A stretch of DNA of 63,966 nucleotides, filler included, from a bacterium (GCA_037439705.1; 5 parts of 5 records of this genome joined end to end with filler, not necessarily neighbours in it), one strand, 5' to 3'; shown: positions 49,095 through 59,549, numbered from the whole stretch's first letter. The notes: generated by a model not told the origin, from the letters alone. Numbers and translations are program-made.

Positions 49095-51067
49095 ATTGCG
49101 GACGCTACAACCTCTGCTATATCCTTGAGTGCAATTTTTTCCTCAAGGTTTTTGAATTTTAAAGCCTCGTCAATCATTGTCAGACAGAATGGACATGCAA
49201 CCACTACCTTTTGAGGGGAAAGCTCTTCTATATCCTTTAGCCTTTCCCTGTTTATCCTTTCTCCTGTGTCAAGTTCCATCCACATATGCCCTCCTCCACC
49301 TCCACAGCAAAAACTTTTTTCACCGTACCTTTTCAATTCCTTCAGATTACCCAGACGCGACAAAATCTCTCTCGGTTCGGAAAATACACCGTTATATCTT
49401 CCAAGATAACATGGGTCGTGGTAAGTGAGAACTTCTCCCTTCCCATTAAGTTTTATCTTCCCTTCTTTCAAAAGTTCATTTATAAATTCCGAGTGATGTA
49501 GTACTTCATAATGTCCACCCATCTGGGAATACTCATTCTTTATAGTGTTATAACAATGGGGGCATGCTGTAATAATTTTCTTAAATTTTACTGAATTCAG
49601 TGTCTCTATGTTCTCCTGAGCAAGTATCTGGAAAAGAGCTTCATCACCGAGCCTCCTTGCAGATTCTCCTGTGCATTTTTCCCTGTTTCCAAGAATTCCA
49701 AAATCAACGCCTGCTGATTTCAAAATTTTTGCTAAAGCCTTAGAAACCTTCTGATACCTGGGGTCATATGAACCGGCACATCCCACCCACCAGAGATATT
49801 CAACTTCATCTCCGGGTTTAAGGATTTTTATTCCCAAATCTTCTGCCCATAAAGCCCTTTCATTTTGAGGAAGTCCCCAAGGATTACCCTGATTTGTAAT
49901 CCTTTGAAGTGTCTTTGCGGGAGTCCCTGAGATTTGAGCATTGAAGATGTAATACCTTCTGAACTCAATTATCTTTGGAACATGTTCAATAGCCACAGGA
50001 CAATGATAAATGCAGGCACCGCAGGTGGTGCAGGAAAGGACTGTATCCATTGAAATTCCACCTTTTTCATCTTCCTTGTGAATGGGAATTCCTTTTGACA
50101 TACAATCCCTGAGGTCAAGAATGAATTTTTTTGGAGAAAGTGGCTTATCCGTGTTAAAAGCAGGACAGTTTCTCTCACACCTCCCGCATCTTGTGCAGGA
50201 ATCAAGGTCAAGAAGGTCTTTCCATGTAAAATCCTCAAGTTTTTTAACACCGAGATATTCAACCTTTTCAAATTCTGTTGCCACATCAATTCTTTTTGGA
50301 AGGGCTCCAAGAGGACCAAGATTTTTGAAGAAAACATTTAAAGGCGAAAACAGGATGTGTGAAAACTTTGTTAAGGGAAATATCGCAATAAAAAGGAAGG
50401 TAAGTAAAGCATGTGTCCACCAGAGAATAAAATAAATGGGCTTAACAGAAGGCTCACTGAAGGTTCCAGCGAGCCAGTATCCAACAAATGAAATAGTTTT
50501 CTCAAACTCTGGCATTCCTGTCACTTTTATTCGTGCACCTTCCAGGAAAAACCCGAGAACCCCTTGAGCGAGTACCCAGAAAATGATGAAATGGTCGTCC
50601 CATTCCATACTCAATCCCTTCGTTCTCTGGATGTACCTCCTGAAGATAGCGATAAGTGCTCCCAGAATCATAAGAATTCCAAATATCTCCATGAAGAAAG
50701 AAAAAATTCGGTAGAAGTCCCCCTTAAAAAATCCGCCGTGCAGAAAATGAAGGTCAAACTCAACAAGAACTATAAGTGTCCCTATGAATAATCCGCCGAA
50801 TCCAGCGTAAATAAGCACATGCATAATTCCCGGATAGTATTCTTTTAAGACCTTAAGTTGTAAAAGTGCATCAAGAAGCATTCTCTTAAATCTTTCAAAG
50901 AAGAAATTAAATCTATCAGCAGGCTTTCCTTTTCTCCAAAGCATCACCCTTTTGTAAAGTCCGTAGATAAGAATCACAGCAGAGATTACAAATATCAGGT
51001 ACATAAGAACCTTAGAAACTACCGGATGACCCCACATTATCTTCCTTGTTATTTCTCCTCCGCTCAT
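49091..51067 (-). CDS. Membrane-bound Fe-S oxidoreductase (FadF/HdrD-like)
   Basis: N-terminal multi-TM domain, CTRCGRCERNCP, CTTCGACIYHCP and two CCG domains (YHDPCYLGR, CCGGGGG). Confidence 0.92.
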   Translation of the reverse strand: MSGGEITRKIMWGHPVVSKVLMYLIFVISAVILIYGLYKRVMLWRKGKPADRFNFFFERFKRMLLDALLQLKVLKEYYPGIMHVLIYAGFGGLFIGTLIVLVEFDLHFLHGGFFKGDFYRIFSFFMEIFGILMILGALIAIFRRYIQRTKGLSMEWDDHFIIFWVLAQGVLGFFLEGARIKVTGMPEFEKTISFVGYWLAGTFSEPSVKPIYFILWWTHALLTFLFIAIFPLTKFSHILFSPLNVFFKNLGPLGALPKRIDVATEFEKVEYLGVKKLEDFTWKDLLDLDSCTRCGRCERNCPAFNTDKPLSPKKFILDLRDCMSKGIPIHKEDEKGGISMDTVLSCTTCGACIYHCPVAIEHVPKIIEFRRYYIFNAQISGTPAKTLQRITNQGNPWGLPQNERALWAEDLGIKILKPGDEVEYLWWVGCAGSYDPRYQKVSKALAKILKSAGVDFGILGNREKCTGESARRLGDEALFQILAQENIETLNSVKFKKIITACPHCYNTIKNEYSQMGGHYEVLHHSEFINELLKEGKIKLNGKGEVLTYHDPCYLGRYNGVFSEPREILSRLGNLKELKRYGEKSFCCGGGGGHMWMELDTGERINRERLKDIEELSPQKVVVACPFCLTMIDEALKFKNLEEKIALKDIAEVVASAI

Positions 51068-51130
51068 CTCTCACTCCTTTTTTAAAATATATTTAACAAC
51101 TCTTAAATCCATTTCAACAAAAGTAAAAAA

Positions 51131-51287
51131 TTATTGCCTCTCCACCAAAAGTCCATCTGAAGACGAAAGGACTCTTACCACTGCCTCCTTTCCCATTCCC
51201 TCTCTATATCTTTTTTTGATTTCCTCAATAAAATTATCAACACTTTCAGCCTCCACAATATTAACAGTATTCCCTCCAAATCCTGCT
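51131..51287 (-). CDS. Galactokinase-like GHMP kinase, C-terminal fragment
   Basis: The minus strand from the gap reads AGFGGNTVNIVEAESVDNFIEEIKKRY...SSSDG, which contains the GHMP GAGFGG motif. Confidence 0.7.
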
Positions 51288-51387
51288 NNNNNNNNNNNNN
51301 NNNNNNNNNNNNNNNNNNNNNNNNNNNNNNNTTAATTAATTAANNNNNNNNNNNNNNNNNNNNNNNNNNNNNNNNNNNNNNNNNNNN
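51288..51387. other. Artificial contig linker
   Basis: N44-TTAATTAATTAA-N44. Confidence 0.98.
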
Positions 51388-52321
51388 AACCTAGGCATTT
51401 AGCCGTTCTGTGTATGGATTGGCTTCTGGAGCATACGATATATGTCTCGCAGTGGGCGTGTAGAAATTGAAGGATACTGGCTACGGCGGGCTTCCAGCAG
51501 GAGGTGGTGGAAATCTCAGTTGGTTCGTTAGACCAAATATCACAGCTCCTGGAGGTTTTGCTATGCTTGCAAGTGGGTACTGTGCGAAATACGGACTTTC
51601 AATGGACGAAGTCAAACAGGCAATGGCACACATTTCATGGAAGAGCCATCAAAATGGAGCCCTCAATCCCAAGGCACATTTAAGAAATACCCCTACAATT
51701 GATGAAATTCTTAATGCTCCAATGATTGCATATCCTCTCGGACTTTATGATTGCTGTGGAGTTTCTGATGGCGCTGCTGCTGCGATTGTGACCACTGTAG
51801 ACATTGCCAAATCCATTAAGAAGAAATCTGATATAATAACGGTTAAAGCATTACAGATTTCTCTAAGCAATGGAGAGGAGGCAGGTTTTACCAACTGGTA
51901 TTATGACCATATAATTCCTACCACGAGAGCAGCACAGCTCGCATACAAAGAAGCAGGAATAAAGAATCCAAGGGAAGAGATAAGTATGATGGAGGTTCAC
52001 GACTGTTTTTCAATAACAGAACTTGTTACCTATGAAGACCTTGGAATATGCGAGAGGGGAAAGGCAATTAAAGATGTGCTTGATGGATTTTTTGACCTAA
52101 ATGGGAAAATTCCCTGTCAGCCAGATGGAGGATTGAAGTGTTTCGGTCATCCAATAGGTGCTTCCGGTTTAAGAATGTTATATGAAATGTATCTTCAGCT
52201 TCTTGGGAAGGCAGATAAAAGACAGATAAAGGACCCGAGAGTTGGTCTTACTCATAATCTTGGTGGATTTCCTTTTATGGGAATAGCCAGCGCTGCCATT
52301 ATAGGAAGGTTAGGAGAATAA
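51388..52321 (+). CDS. Thiolase (SCP-x-type acetyl-CoA acyltransferase), 5'-truncated, with an error-rich edge
   Basis: ASGAYDICLAVGV*KLKDTG, DCCGVSDGA, EVHDCF, GHPIGASG and HNLGG. Confidence 0.9.
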
Positions 52322-52354
52322 AAAGGAATATCTAAAGAATAAATAAAAAAGGAA

Positions 52355-52408
52355 AAGAGATACTCTTCCCGTTCACCTCTTTATGTCGGGTGAGAAGAGT
52401 ATCCCTCT
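52355..52408. terminator. Hairpin between convergent genes
   Basis: GATACTCTTC (52359-52368) pairs with GAAGAGTATC (52394-52403), with an inner TCACC/GGTGA stem. The A-tract on the left gives a U-tail for the minus strand. Confidence 0.6.
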
Positions 52409-52452
52409 CCCTTACACTTGAATATTTTCAGTTTTGTTCGCCTGACAAATGG

Positions 52453-52716
52453 TCAGGATTTTGGAGATTTTTCTTTTGCCCAGTCTACCTTTATTGTTCT
52501 ATCTCCAAAGGTGGTATTGTTCATCCCTTCTTTTGCTTTCAACGCACTTTCATTGGACTCAAAGGTAACAAAACCGAACCCCTTGGACTTTCCAGTCCTT
52601 TTGTCCCTTATTACTTTTACATCTTCCACTTCGCCAAATTTGGAGAAGGCTTCTTTCAGCTCTTTCTCCGTGGTTTTCCAGGGGAGTCCCCCTACGAACA
52701 GCTTTTTTCGTTCCAT
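52453..52716 (-). CDS. RRM-type RNA-binding protein
   Basis: RNP2 LFVGGL, RNP1 KGFGFVTF and a GGAGG RBS before ATG 52716. Confidence 0.93.
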   Translation of the reverse strand: MERKKLFVGGLPWKTTEKELKEAFSKFGEVEDVKVIRDKRTGKSKGFGFVTFESNESALKAKEGMNNTTFGDRTIKVDWAKEKSPKS

Positions 52717-52774
52717 GAGACCTCCGAACATTTAGTTACTCCTTTTGCAGTGGGTTTTGAGCAACTGCTATTTA

Positions 52775-52850
52775 TGGCTCCTCGGGCAGGACTCGAACCT
52801 GCGACCCGGTGGTTAACAGCCACCTGCTCTGCCGACTGAGCTACCGAGGA
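52775..52850 (-). tRNA. tRNA-Asn(GTT)
   Basis: The reverse complement TCCTCGGTAGCTCAGTCGGCAGAGCAGGTGGCTGTTAACCACCGGGTCGCAGGTTCGAGTCCTGCCCGAGGAGCCA is 76 nt and includes CCA. Confidence 0.97.
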
Positions 52851-52982
52851 ACCATGTTTTGTATAATAAAAATTTTTTTTTCTCTTTTCAAGTCCACACT
52901 GGGATTCAATGGTTCTCTTTATCCTTTTTCAGATTTCGGATAATTCAAGAAGATATTTTTGTCTTCAACCTTCGTGTCAGAG

Positions 52983-53906
52983 TTAAACAGCAAAAAGTGG
53001 TCGAGAATATTTTATGAGCCTTGAAGTCTTTTTTAATTCTGTCAGGATATCCTTTGAAAAGAGACACATTTTGTGAATGAAAGTTCCATCAAGATATTTC
53101 AATTTTCCCTTTATTCTTCTCTTTATCAGTTCGTCTATTTTTGACGGTGGAATTTTTCTTATGTCAGGTCCTTTTGAACCTACGCAAAACCCCCATTGTG
53201 TGAAAAACGATGGAATGTATGTGTAGTATCCATAACTTTTTGGAAATACAGCGGAGATAGTTTTCAAAATAGAACCAAAACAGAGATTGTTTTTCTGCCT
53301 TACCATGTTGGATTGAACTACAAAGACTCCGTTCTTTTTCAGTTTTTTAAGGACCTCTTTGTAGAATTCTATGGTAAACAAAAGATAGGAAGGACCTCCT
53401 TCAAGGGGGTCTGTACTATCCATTATTATCACATCAAAAGATGAATTTTCTGACCTTTCCACAAATTTTCTGCCATCTTCAAAATGGAGTTCTACCCTTG
53501 GGTCATAAAAGGAATTTTGATGCATTTCAGGGAGAAATTTCTTGCAAATTTCAACTACTTCTTTATCAACGTCCACCATTATGCATTTCTCCACACTTTT
53601 GTGCCTCAGAACCTCTCTTATTGTTGCTCCTTCACCACCACCTATTACAAGAACCGTTTTGGGCTCAGGATGTGAAAGCATGGCTGGATGGACGAGGGTT
53701 TCATGATAAATGTATTCATCCCCTACCGTTGACTGAATTTTTCCATCAAGAATGAGAGACTTTCCAAACCCTTTCAAATTTAAAATCTCTACCTTTTGAT
53801 AAGGAGTCTTCCCCTTCCAGAGCCTTGATTCTATCTTTACATATAGCCCATCGTCAGGTGTAATCTGGTCAAAAAACAATTGAGATCGCTTTTGCATCTT
53901 TTTCAC
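52983..53906 (-). CDS. speE: Polyamine aminopropyltransferase
   Basis: LDGKIQ, DEYIYHE, VIGGGEG and MDSTDP. Confidence 0.95.
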   Translation of the reverse strand: MKKMQKRSQLFFDQITPDDGLYVKIESRLWKGKTPYQKVEILNLKGFGKSLILDGKIQSTVGDEYIYHETLVHPAMLSHPEPKTVLVIGGGEGATIREVLRHKSVEKCIMVDVDKEVVEICKKFLPEMHQNSFYDPRVELHFEDGRKFVERSENSSFDVIIMDSTDPLEGGPSYLLFTIEFYKEVLKKLKKNGVFVVQSNMVRQKNNLCFGSILKTISAVFPKSYGYYTYIPSFFTQWGFCVGSKGPDIRKIPPSKIDELIKRRIKGKLKYLDGTFIHKMCLFSKDILTELKKTSRLIKYSRPLFAV

Positions 53907-54285
53907 AGGTTTTATGAGGATACTTCACATTTTTGTATGAGAGGATTCCTCTTTTTACCTCAATAACGAATGGATTCTTTGATTTTGTCTCTTCCACTAT
54001 GATAGCTACTGCTTTTTCTGGTTGAAGTGAATCGCCACAGGTAAATATATCAACAGCTGCATATCCGTATTCTGGCCATGTGTGAATGGAAAGATGGGAT
54101 TCAGCAATTACAACAACACCACTAACTCCGTAAGGGGAGAATTTTCTGAAAGTATAATCTATAATTGTTGTTCCTGCCTCCTCAGCCGCTCTGAGAAGTG
54201 TTTTTTTCAAACCTTCTACATCGTTGAGCTTTTTAGGATCTGCTTCCCTTAATTCAAGAAGCAGATGCCTGCCCAATCCATTCAT
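53869..54285 (-). CDS. speD: S-adenosylmethionine decarboxylase proenzyme
   Basis: AESHLSIHTWPE (pyruvoyl cleavage site) and DIFTCG. Confidence 0.95.
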   Translation of the reverse strand: MNGLGRHLLLELREADPKKLNDVEGLKKTLLRAAEEAGTTIIDYTFRKFSPYGVSGVVVIAESHLSIHTWPEYGYAAVDIFTCGDSLQPEKAVAIIVEETKSKNPFVIEVKRGILSYKNVKYPHKTCEKDAKAISIVF

Positions 54286-54515
54286 GTTCTCACCTCCCTT
54301 CTTTTTTACAAAATGTAAACGAATTTTTTTATTATGTCAATAAATTTTTTAATTTTGGAACAAAAATCTATTTAACCAGATTAGTTTGTAAAAGAGAGTT
54401 TTTTTGGATATGGAAAGATACAAAAAATTTAGAAAGATAAAGTGTGGAGGAAAATTATAAGAAAAACCGAATAGAAAAATTGAAAGGAGTTCTGTTTTGA
54501 TATATAAATTTTTCT

Positions 54516-55307
54516 ATGGAATTGATTGATAAGGTTAAAGAATGTGTTTTGCTCGGCGGAAAAATCACGCTTCAGCACTTCGGGAATCTTCTTGCTTCTG
54601 AGATTGAGGAAAAGGCAATAAATGATCTTGTCACTGTTGCAGACAGAGAATCCGAGGAGGCTATAAAAGAGTATATATGGAAACACTTTCCCGACCATGA
54701 CATCCTTGCTGAGGAAAGCGGAACCTTTGATAGAAAGGAAAATTACAGATGGATAATTGACCCACTTGACGGAACGAGAAATTATACCAAAAAACTTCCT
54801 GTTTTTGCGGTTTCAGTGGCTGTTGAGTTTGATGGAGAACTTGTGGCTGGTGCTGTTTACGATCCGATTAGGAAAGAACTTTACTGGGCTGAAAAGGGAA
54901 AAGGAGCTTTTTTAAACAATGAAAAAATATCTGTTTCAACCACCAAAGAACTTTCAGATGCTCTTATAGGAACAGGATTTCCTTTTAAAGCAAAGGATTA
55001 CATAGACCTTTATCTAAAAAGCTTCCGGGAGATCTTCATTTATGTAAGCGGTGTAAGAAGGCTCGGAGCAGCATCCCTTGATTTATGTTACACCGCGAAG
55101 GGAATATTTGATGGATTCTGGGAATTATTTCTTTCTCACTGGGATGTAGCAGCAGGAGCATTGATTATAAAAGAGGCAGGAGGCATTGTGACTGACATAT
55201 GGGGAGGCGATGAATATCTTATAAATGGACACATCGTTGGAGCAAATCCGTATATTTATCCAAAACTTCAGAAAATCCTTGAAGAGTCTTTAAAAGACCT
55301 CAGGTGA
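54516..55307 (+). CDS. suhB: Inositol monophosphatase family protein
   Basis: VTVAD, EES, WIIDPLDGT, RRLGAA and WDVAAG. Confidence 0.9.
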   Translation: MELIDKVKECVLLGGKITLQHFGNLLASEIEEKAINDLVTVADRESEEAIKEYIWKHFPDHDILAEESGTFDRKENYRWIIDPLDGTRNYTKKLPVFAVSVAVEFDGELVAGAVYDPIRKELYWAEKGKGAFLNNEKISVSTTKELSDALIGTGFPFKAKDYIDLYLKSFREIFIYVSGVRRLGAASLDLCYTAKGIFDGFWELFLSHWDVAAGALIIKEAGGIVTDIWGGDEYLINGHIVGANPYIYPKLQKILEESLKDLR

Positions 55308-56080
55308 AAGGAAAATCCATTATTGAAAAATTTCTCTCGCTTAAGGAAAGGGGAGAAAGAGCTCTCATTACCTATATTACATTTAATTTTCCCGAGCCTA
55401 AAAAATTTAAGACCTTTCTCCGTGCTGTTATTGAAGGAGGAAGTGACATAATTGAAATAGGGGTTCCGTTCTCCGATCCAATTGCGGATGGAAAAGTGAT
55501 TCAGCATGCTTCAGAGAAATCCCTTTCATTTGGTACATCTCTTAAAGAAATTTTAGATTTCCTTGAAAGGGAAAAGGAAAATATTCCGGTTCCTGTTGTG
55601 CTCATGGGATACATGAATCCATTCTTTCGGTTTGGACTTGAGAATCTTTCAAAACTCAAATTCGTTGACGGGTTCATAATTCCTGACCTTTCATACGAAG
55701 AGACTCTCAGGCTTAAAGTTCATGAAAAAATTCCTCTTGTTCAACTCCTTGCTCCAACCACATCCATTGAAAGGGCAAAAAAAATTGCAGAAATTTCATA
55801 CGGGTTCATTTATTATGTATCCATCACCGGAACTACGGGTTCAGAAATAAAAGACATAAAAGGAATAAAAAAATTTATTGTGAATTTCAAAAAAGTATAT
55901 GAAGAAAAACCTGTTGTGGTGGGTTTTGGTATCCGTTCTCCGGAGGATATCAGAAAACTTTCGTTTGCAGATGGCGTTGTGGTAGGAAGTGCTTTATTGA
56001 AAAAACTTTCTGAAAAGGGCGTTGATTTTAAAAGTGCAAAGGAAATGGTTCGTTCTCTCAAAACCGCCACAATCAGATGA
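55304..56080 (+). CDS. trpA: Tryptophan synthase alpha subunit
   Basis: IEIGVPFSDPIADG, LMGYMNP, GFIYYVS..GTTG, GFGI and DGVVVGSA. Confidence 0.94.
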   Translation: MKGKSIIEKFLSLKERGERALITYITFNFPEPKKFKTFLRAVIEGGSDIIEIGVPFSDPIADGKVIQHASEKSLSFGTSLKEILDFLEREKENIPVPVVLMGYMNPFFRFGLENLSKLKFVDGFIIPDLSYEETLRLKVHEKIPLVQLLAPTTSIERAKKIAEISYGFIYYVSITGTTGSEIKDIKGIKKFIVNFKKVYEEKPVVVGFGIRSPEDIRKLSFADGVVVGSALLKKLSEKGVDFKSAKEMVRSLKTATIR

Positions 56081-57036
56081 ATTTTTTTGTTTTTCTTTTA
56101 CTTTTGAAATCAAATCTAATTCCCGACCTGAAAACGGTTCTTGAACCTCTTGCCTGCTCCTATCTTAAAAACGGCGATGTGGATGTGAGAGAAATTTTGA
56201 TTGTGCTCAGAAAAAATGGAAATTTCTATACCCGCATAGTACCATACATGCTCTCCGTTAAAGGGGATGTAGAAGAGTTTGAAATACCCGAAGATTTTAT
56301 GAAAGAAATAGAAGAAAATGGGGACTTTTACGCCTCTGGAGAATGCAGATTAAAGGATGAAAGGGCATATCTCTTTCTTTCATTTCGTACTCCATACAAA
56401 ATTGAAAAAATGGGCGGGAAGGAAATCAACCTGAGAAAAATTTCTAAAATCAAAAAGGTAAAAATAATAAAAGAAATGGAGAATGAAAGTTGTGAATATG
56501 AGAAAATTTTTGCCCAGGAAAGCCTTTCTTTGAAATTCGGAAAGGGGGTTAGAAAGGTTGAACTGGCAGATGCTGAAACAGACGAACCATTTATAATAAT
56601 TCCTTTTTCAGAACCCCTGTTTCCCGAAATTCCGGATGCACCGCAGTCAAAATCTATAGAAGAGAGGCTTTTAATTTTAATAAATGAAGAGAGAAAAATG
56701 AGGAATTTAAAAGAGCTGATATACTCTAAGGAGATTTCAAGGGTGAGCAGAAAACATTCCGAAGATATGGCAAAAAATGGATTTCTGTCCCATTTCTCTC
56801 CATCAACTGGAAGTCCATCTGACAGGATGAAAAAGGCAGGAATAAATTTTTCAAAAGTTAGTGAGAACATAGGACTTGGAAAAAGTGCAGATGAAATCCA
56901 TCTCATGCTGATGGACAGTTCCGCCCACAAGTGTAATATAATAGATCCGGAAATGGAAAAAGTTGGTATTGGAGCATATTTTTACAACGACATGTGGTGG
57001 GTGACTGAAAATTTCATAAAAGAAAAAAAGCCATAA
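56077..57036 (+). CDS. CAP (SCP) domain-containing protein
   Basis: INEER, HSEDM..GFLSH, ENIG, SSAHKCNI and VGIG. Confidence 0.85.
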   Translation: MNFFVFLLLLKSNLIPDLKTVLEPLACSYLKNGDVDVREILIVLRKNGNFYTRIVPYMLSVKGDVEEFEIPEDFMKEIEENGDFYASGECRLKDERAYLFLSFRTPYKIEKMGGKEINLRKISKIKKVKIIKEMENESCEYEKIFAQESLSLKFGKGVRKVELADAETDEPFIIIPFSEPLFPEIPDAPQSKSIEERLLILINEERKMRNLKELIYSKEISRVSRKHSEDMAKNGFLSHFSPSTGSPSDRMKKAGINFSKVSENIGLGKSADEIHLMLMDSSAHKCNIIDPEMEKVGIGAYFYNDMWWVTENFIKEKKP

Positions 57037-57040
57037 AAAT

Positions 57041-58498
57041 ATGAAGTTAAGGGTCGCCCTCATATACCCGGCACCTTATGAAATAGGCATTGCCAACCTT
57101 GGATTCAATTCGGTTTTCAGATTGATAAATTCTGTGGAAGGCTTTATCTGTGACAGGATTTTTTATGATGGGAAACTGGAGAACATAGATTCAAAAAGAG
57201 ACATAAAGGAATATCACATTCTTGCTTTTTCGGTTTCATTTCTTACAGATTATTTAAAAATTCCTGAAATCATGCTTTCAACAGGAATTCCGGTTCTTTC
57301 AAAGGATAGAAAGGAAGTTTTCCCATTTGTCATTGGGGGCGGAAATGCTTTTTCAATAAATCCAGAACCAGTTGCTGAGATTTTTGATGCAATTGTAATA
57401 GGAGATGCAGAGGGCGTAATTGAAGTTCTCCTTATGGAAATAAAAAATGGAAAATCAAGACGGCAACTTCTTGAAAAACTTAACGAATTGAAATCAATTT
57501 ATGTTCCTTCTTTGAATGAACCTCCATTACGAAAGAGAGTTTTCAAAAACAGAAAAGAGTTATCTTTCTTTCCAGCATGGTCTGAAGATGGGGGAAATGT
57601 ATTCAAAAATGCAGGACTTGTTGAGATTGGAAGGGGATGCAGGTGGAAATGTTCTTTTTGTCCGATAGGGTTCATTCATTCTCCACCGAGATTTTTTGAC
57701 CCTGAGATGGTGCTCAGGGCTTCCGAGAAAACAAAAAGGACGAGAATTGGTTTGATTGCTCCTGTTGTTGCGGATCATCCTTCATTAAAAGAGATTCTTA
57801 TAGGGTTGAAAAAAATGGGATATAAAGTAACCACTTCATCCTGGAGGGCTGACCTTTATGACCCTGAACTATTTGAACTTTTAAAGGATGGACAGAAGAC
57901 ATTCACCATTGCTCCGGAGGCAGGTTCATATAGACTGAGAAGACTTATAGGAAAAGAAATTTCATATGAAAAAATACTTGAAGGGGTTAAATGGGCGAGT
58001 AATTATTTTAAGGATTTAAAGGCATATTTTATAATAGGGCTTCCTGGTGAAAGAGAAGATGATATTAAAGATATTGTGCATCTGTCGCGGGAAATGGCTG
58101 GAATTTTTAAAAGAAAAATCACATTAAGTGTTAATCCCTTTGTTCCTCTTCCGCATACTCCATTTATGAACGAGGAATTTCCAGATGAGAGTATATTAGG
58201 GAAAGCAGAATTTCTTAAAAAGGCAGTTAAAAAATTTGCAAATTTTAAATTCAAAAGTCTGAAAGAAGCCCGCCTTGAATACATACTTTCGTGGAGTAGC
58301 AGGGAGATTCTTAAAAAAATAATGGAGGATTCATCGCTGAAAAATTTTAAACTGACCGAAAAGAAGAGTACTGAATTTATTGAATATCCATTTGACGAAG
58401 CGGGTTTTAAATCGGTGATGATGGGAAAAAACCCCTCCTGTCCCCCTCTTTGCAATTCCTGTATTCAGGGGAAATGTAAAATTTTCAAATTCTCTTAA
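57041..58498 (+). CDS. Radical SAM protein
   Basis: [13 protein letters not shown] (CxxxCxxC), TIAPEAGS and YFIIGLPGE. Confidence 0.9.
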   Translation: MKLRVALIYPAPYEIGIANLGFNSVFRLINSVEGFICDRIFYDGKLENIDSKRDIKEYHILAFSVSFLTDYLKIPEIMLSTGIPVLSKDRKEVFPFVIGGGNAFSINPEPVAEIFDAIVIGDAEGVIEVLLMEIKNGKSRRQLLEKLNELKSIYVPSLNEPPLRKRVFKNRKELSFFPAWSEDGGNVFKNAGLVEIGRGCRWKCSFCPIGFIHSPPRFFDPEMVLRASEKTKRTRIGLIAPVVADHPSLKEILIGLKKMGYKVTTSSWRADLYDPELFELLKDGQKTFTIAPEAGSYRLRRLIGKEISYEKILEGVKWASNYFKDLKAYFIIGLPGEREDDIKDIVHLSREMAGIFKRKITLSVNPFVPLPHTPFMNEEFPDESILGKAEFLKKAVKKFANFKFKSLKEARLEYILSWSSREILKKIMEDSSLKNFKLTEKKSTEFIEYPFDEAGFKSVMMGKNPSCPPLCNSCIQGKCKIFKFS

Positions 58499-59549
58499 CT
58501 ATTTCATCCCCCATTTCTGATGTGGAGAGGATTTTTGTGCCACCGAGGTCCTCAGTTCTGTACCCTTCGTTAATGACCTCTTCTATTGCCCTTTCAATAT
58601 CATTTGCTATATCATCCCTTTCAAAGCTCAGACGGAACATTAAAGTTAGGGATAAAATTGTCGCAATTGGATTTGCCCTTCCGGTTCCTGCTATGTCCGG
58701 TGCGCTTCCGTGAATTGGTTCATACAGTCCCTTTTTTTCGTATCCAATGCTTGCTGATGGAAGGAGACCAATGGAGCCTGCAAGTACCGCTGATTCGTCG
58801 CTCAGGATGTCTCCAAACATATTGTTTGTTAAAATTACATCAAACTGTCCCGGATTTCTTATTATCTGCATGGCACAGTTGTCCACATACATGTGGGAAA
58901 GGTTCACATCAGGGTATTCTTTTGAGACGGAATTCACGACCTCCCTCCACAACACAGAGCTTTCAAGCACATTCGCTTTATCCACGGATGTAACCTTCTT
59001 TCTCCTTTTTCTTGCAAGTTCAAATGCCACCCTTGCAATCCTTTCAATTTCATCTTCAGAATATACTTCAGAATTTACTCCCACCCTTTTACCGTTTTTC
59101 AAAAAAATACCTCTTGGTTCACCAAAATATATTCCTCCTGTAAGTTCCCTTACAACTACAAGGTCTACATTTTTTATTCTCTCCGTCTTTAAAGGAGAAC
59201 TGTCTAAAAGAGAGGGAAAGACTTTTACGGGTCTTATGTTCGCAAAGGCATTTAAAGCCTTTCTCAGAGCAAGAAGTCCCTGTTCGGGCTTTTTATCAAA
59301 GGGAAGAGAATCCCACTTCGGACCGCCCACTGCTCCGAGAAGAACCGCATCGCACTTTTTTGTCATTTCAAGGGTTCCTTCTTCAATCGGAACCCCTTTT
59401 CTATCAAGACATTCTCCACCTATGAGTCCGTATATTTTTTCAACGGATAAACCGTATTTTTCTTCCACCTTTTGAAGAACCTTTTCAGCTTCTTTAATGA
59501 CCTCTTTTCCTATTCCGTCTCCAGGTAGAATCAGGATTTTATATTTCAT
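58485..59549 (-). CDS. leuB: 3-isopropylmalate dehydrogenase
   Basis: [35 protein letters not shown] and [12 protein letters not shown]. Confidence 0.97.
   Translation of the reverse strand: MKYKILILPGDGIGKEVIKEAEKVLQKVEEKYGLSVEKIYGLIGGECLDRKGVPIEEGTLEMTKKCDAVLLGAVGGPKWDSLPFDKKPEQGLLALRKALNAFANIRPVKVFPSLLDSSPLKTERIKNVDLVVVRELTGGIYFGEPRGIFLKNGKRVGVNSEVYSEDEIERIARVAFELARKRRKKVTSVDKANVLESSVLWREVVNSVSKEYPDVNLSHMYVDNCAMQIIRNPGQFDVILTNNMFGDILSDESAVLAGSIGLLPSASIGYEKKGLYEPIHGSAPDIAGTGRANPIATILSLTLMFRLSFERDDIANDIERAIEEVINEGYRTEDLGGTKILSTSEMGDEIVKRI

Noticed and set aside
58747-59475. Long antisense ORFs (for example 58747-59475, 26471-27202, 56328-56930)
   Set aside because: They are shadows of well-supported genes on the other strand, with Ser/Phe/Ile-rich composition and no motifs.
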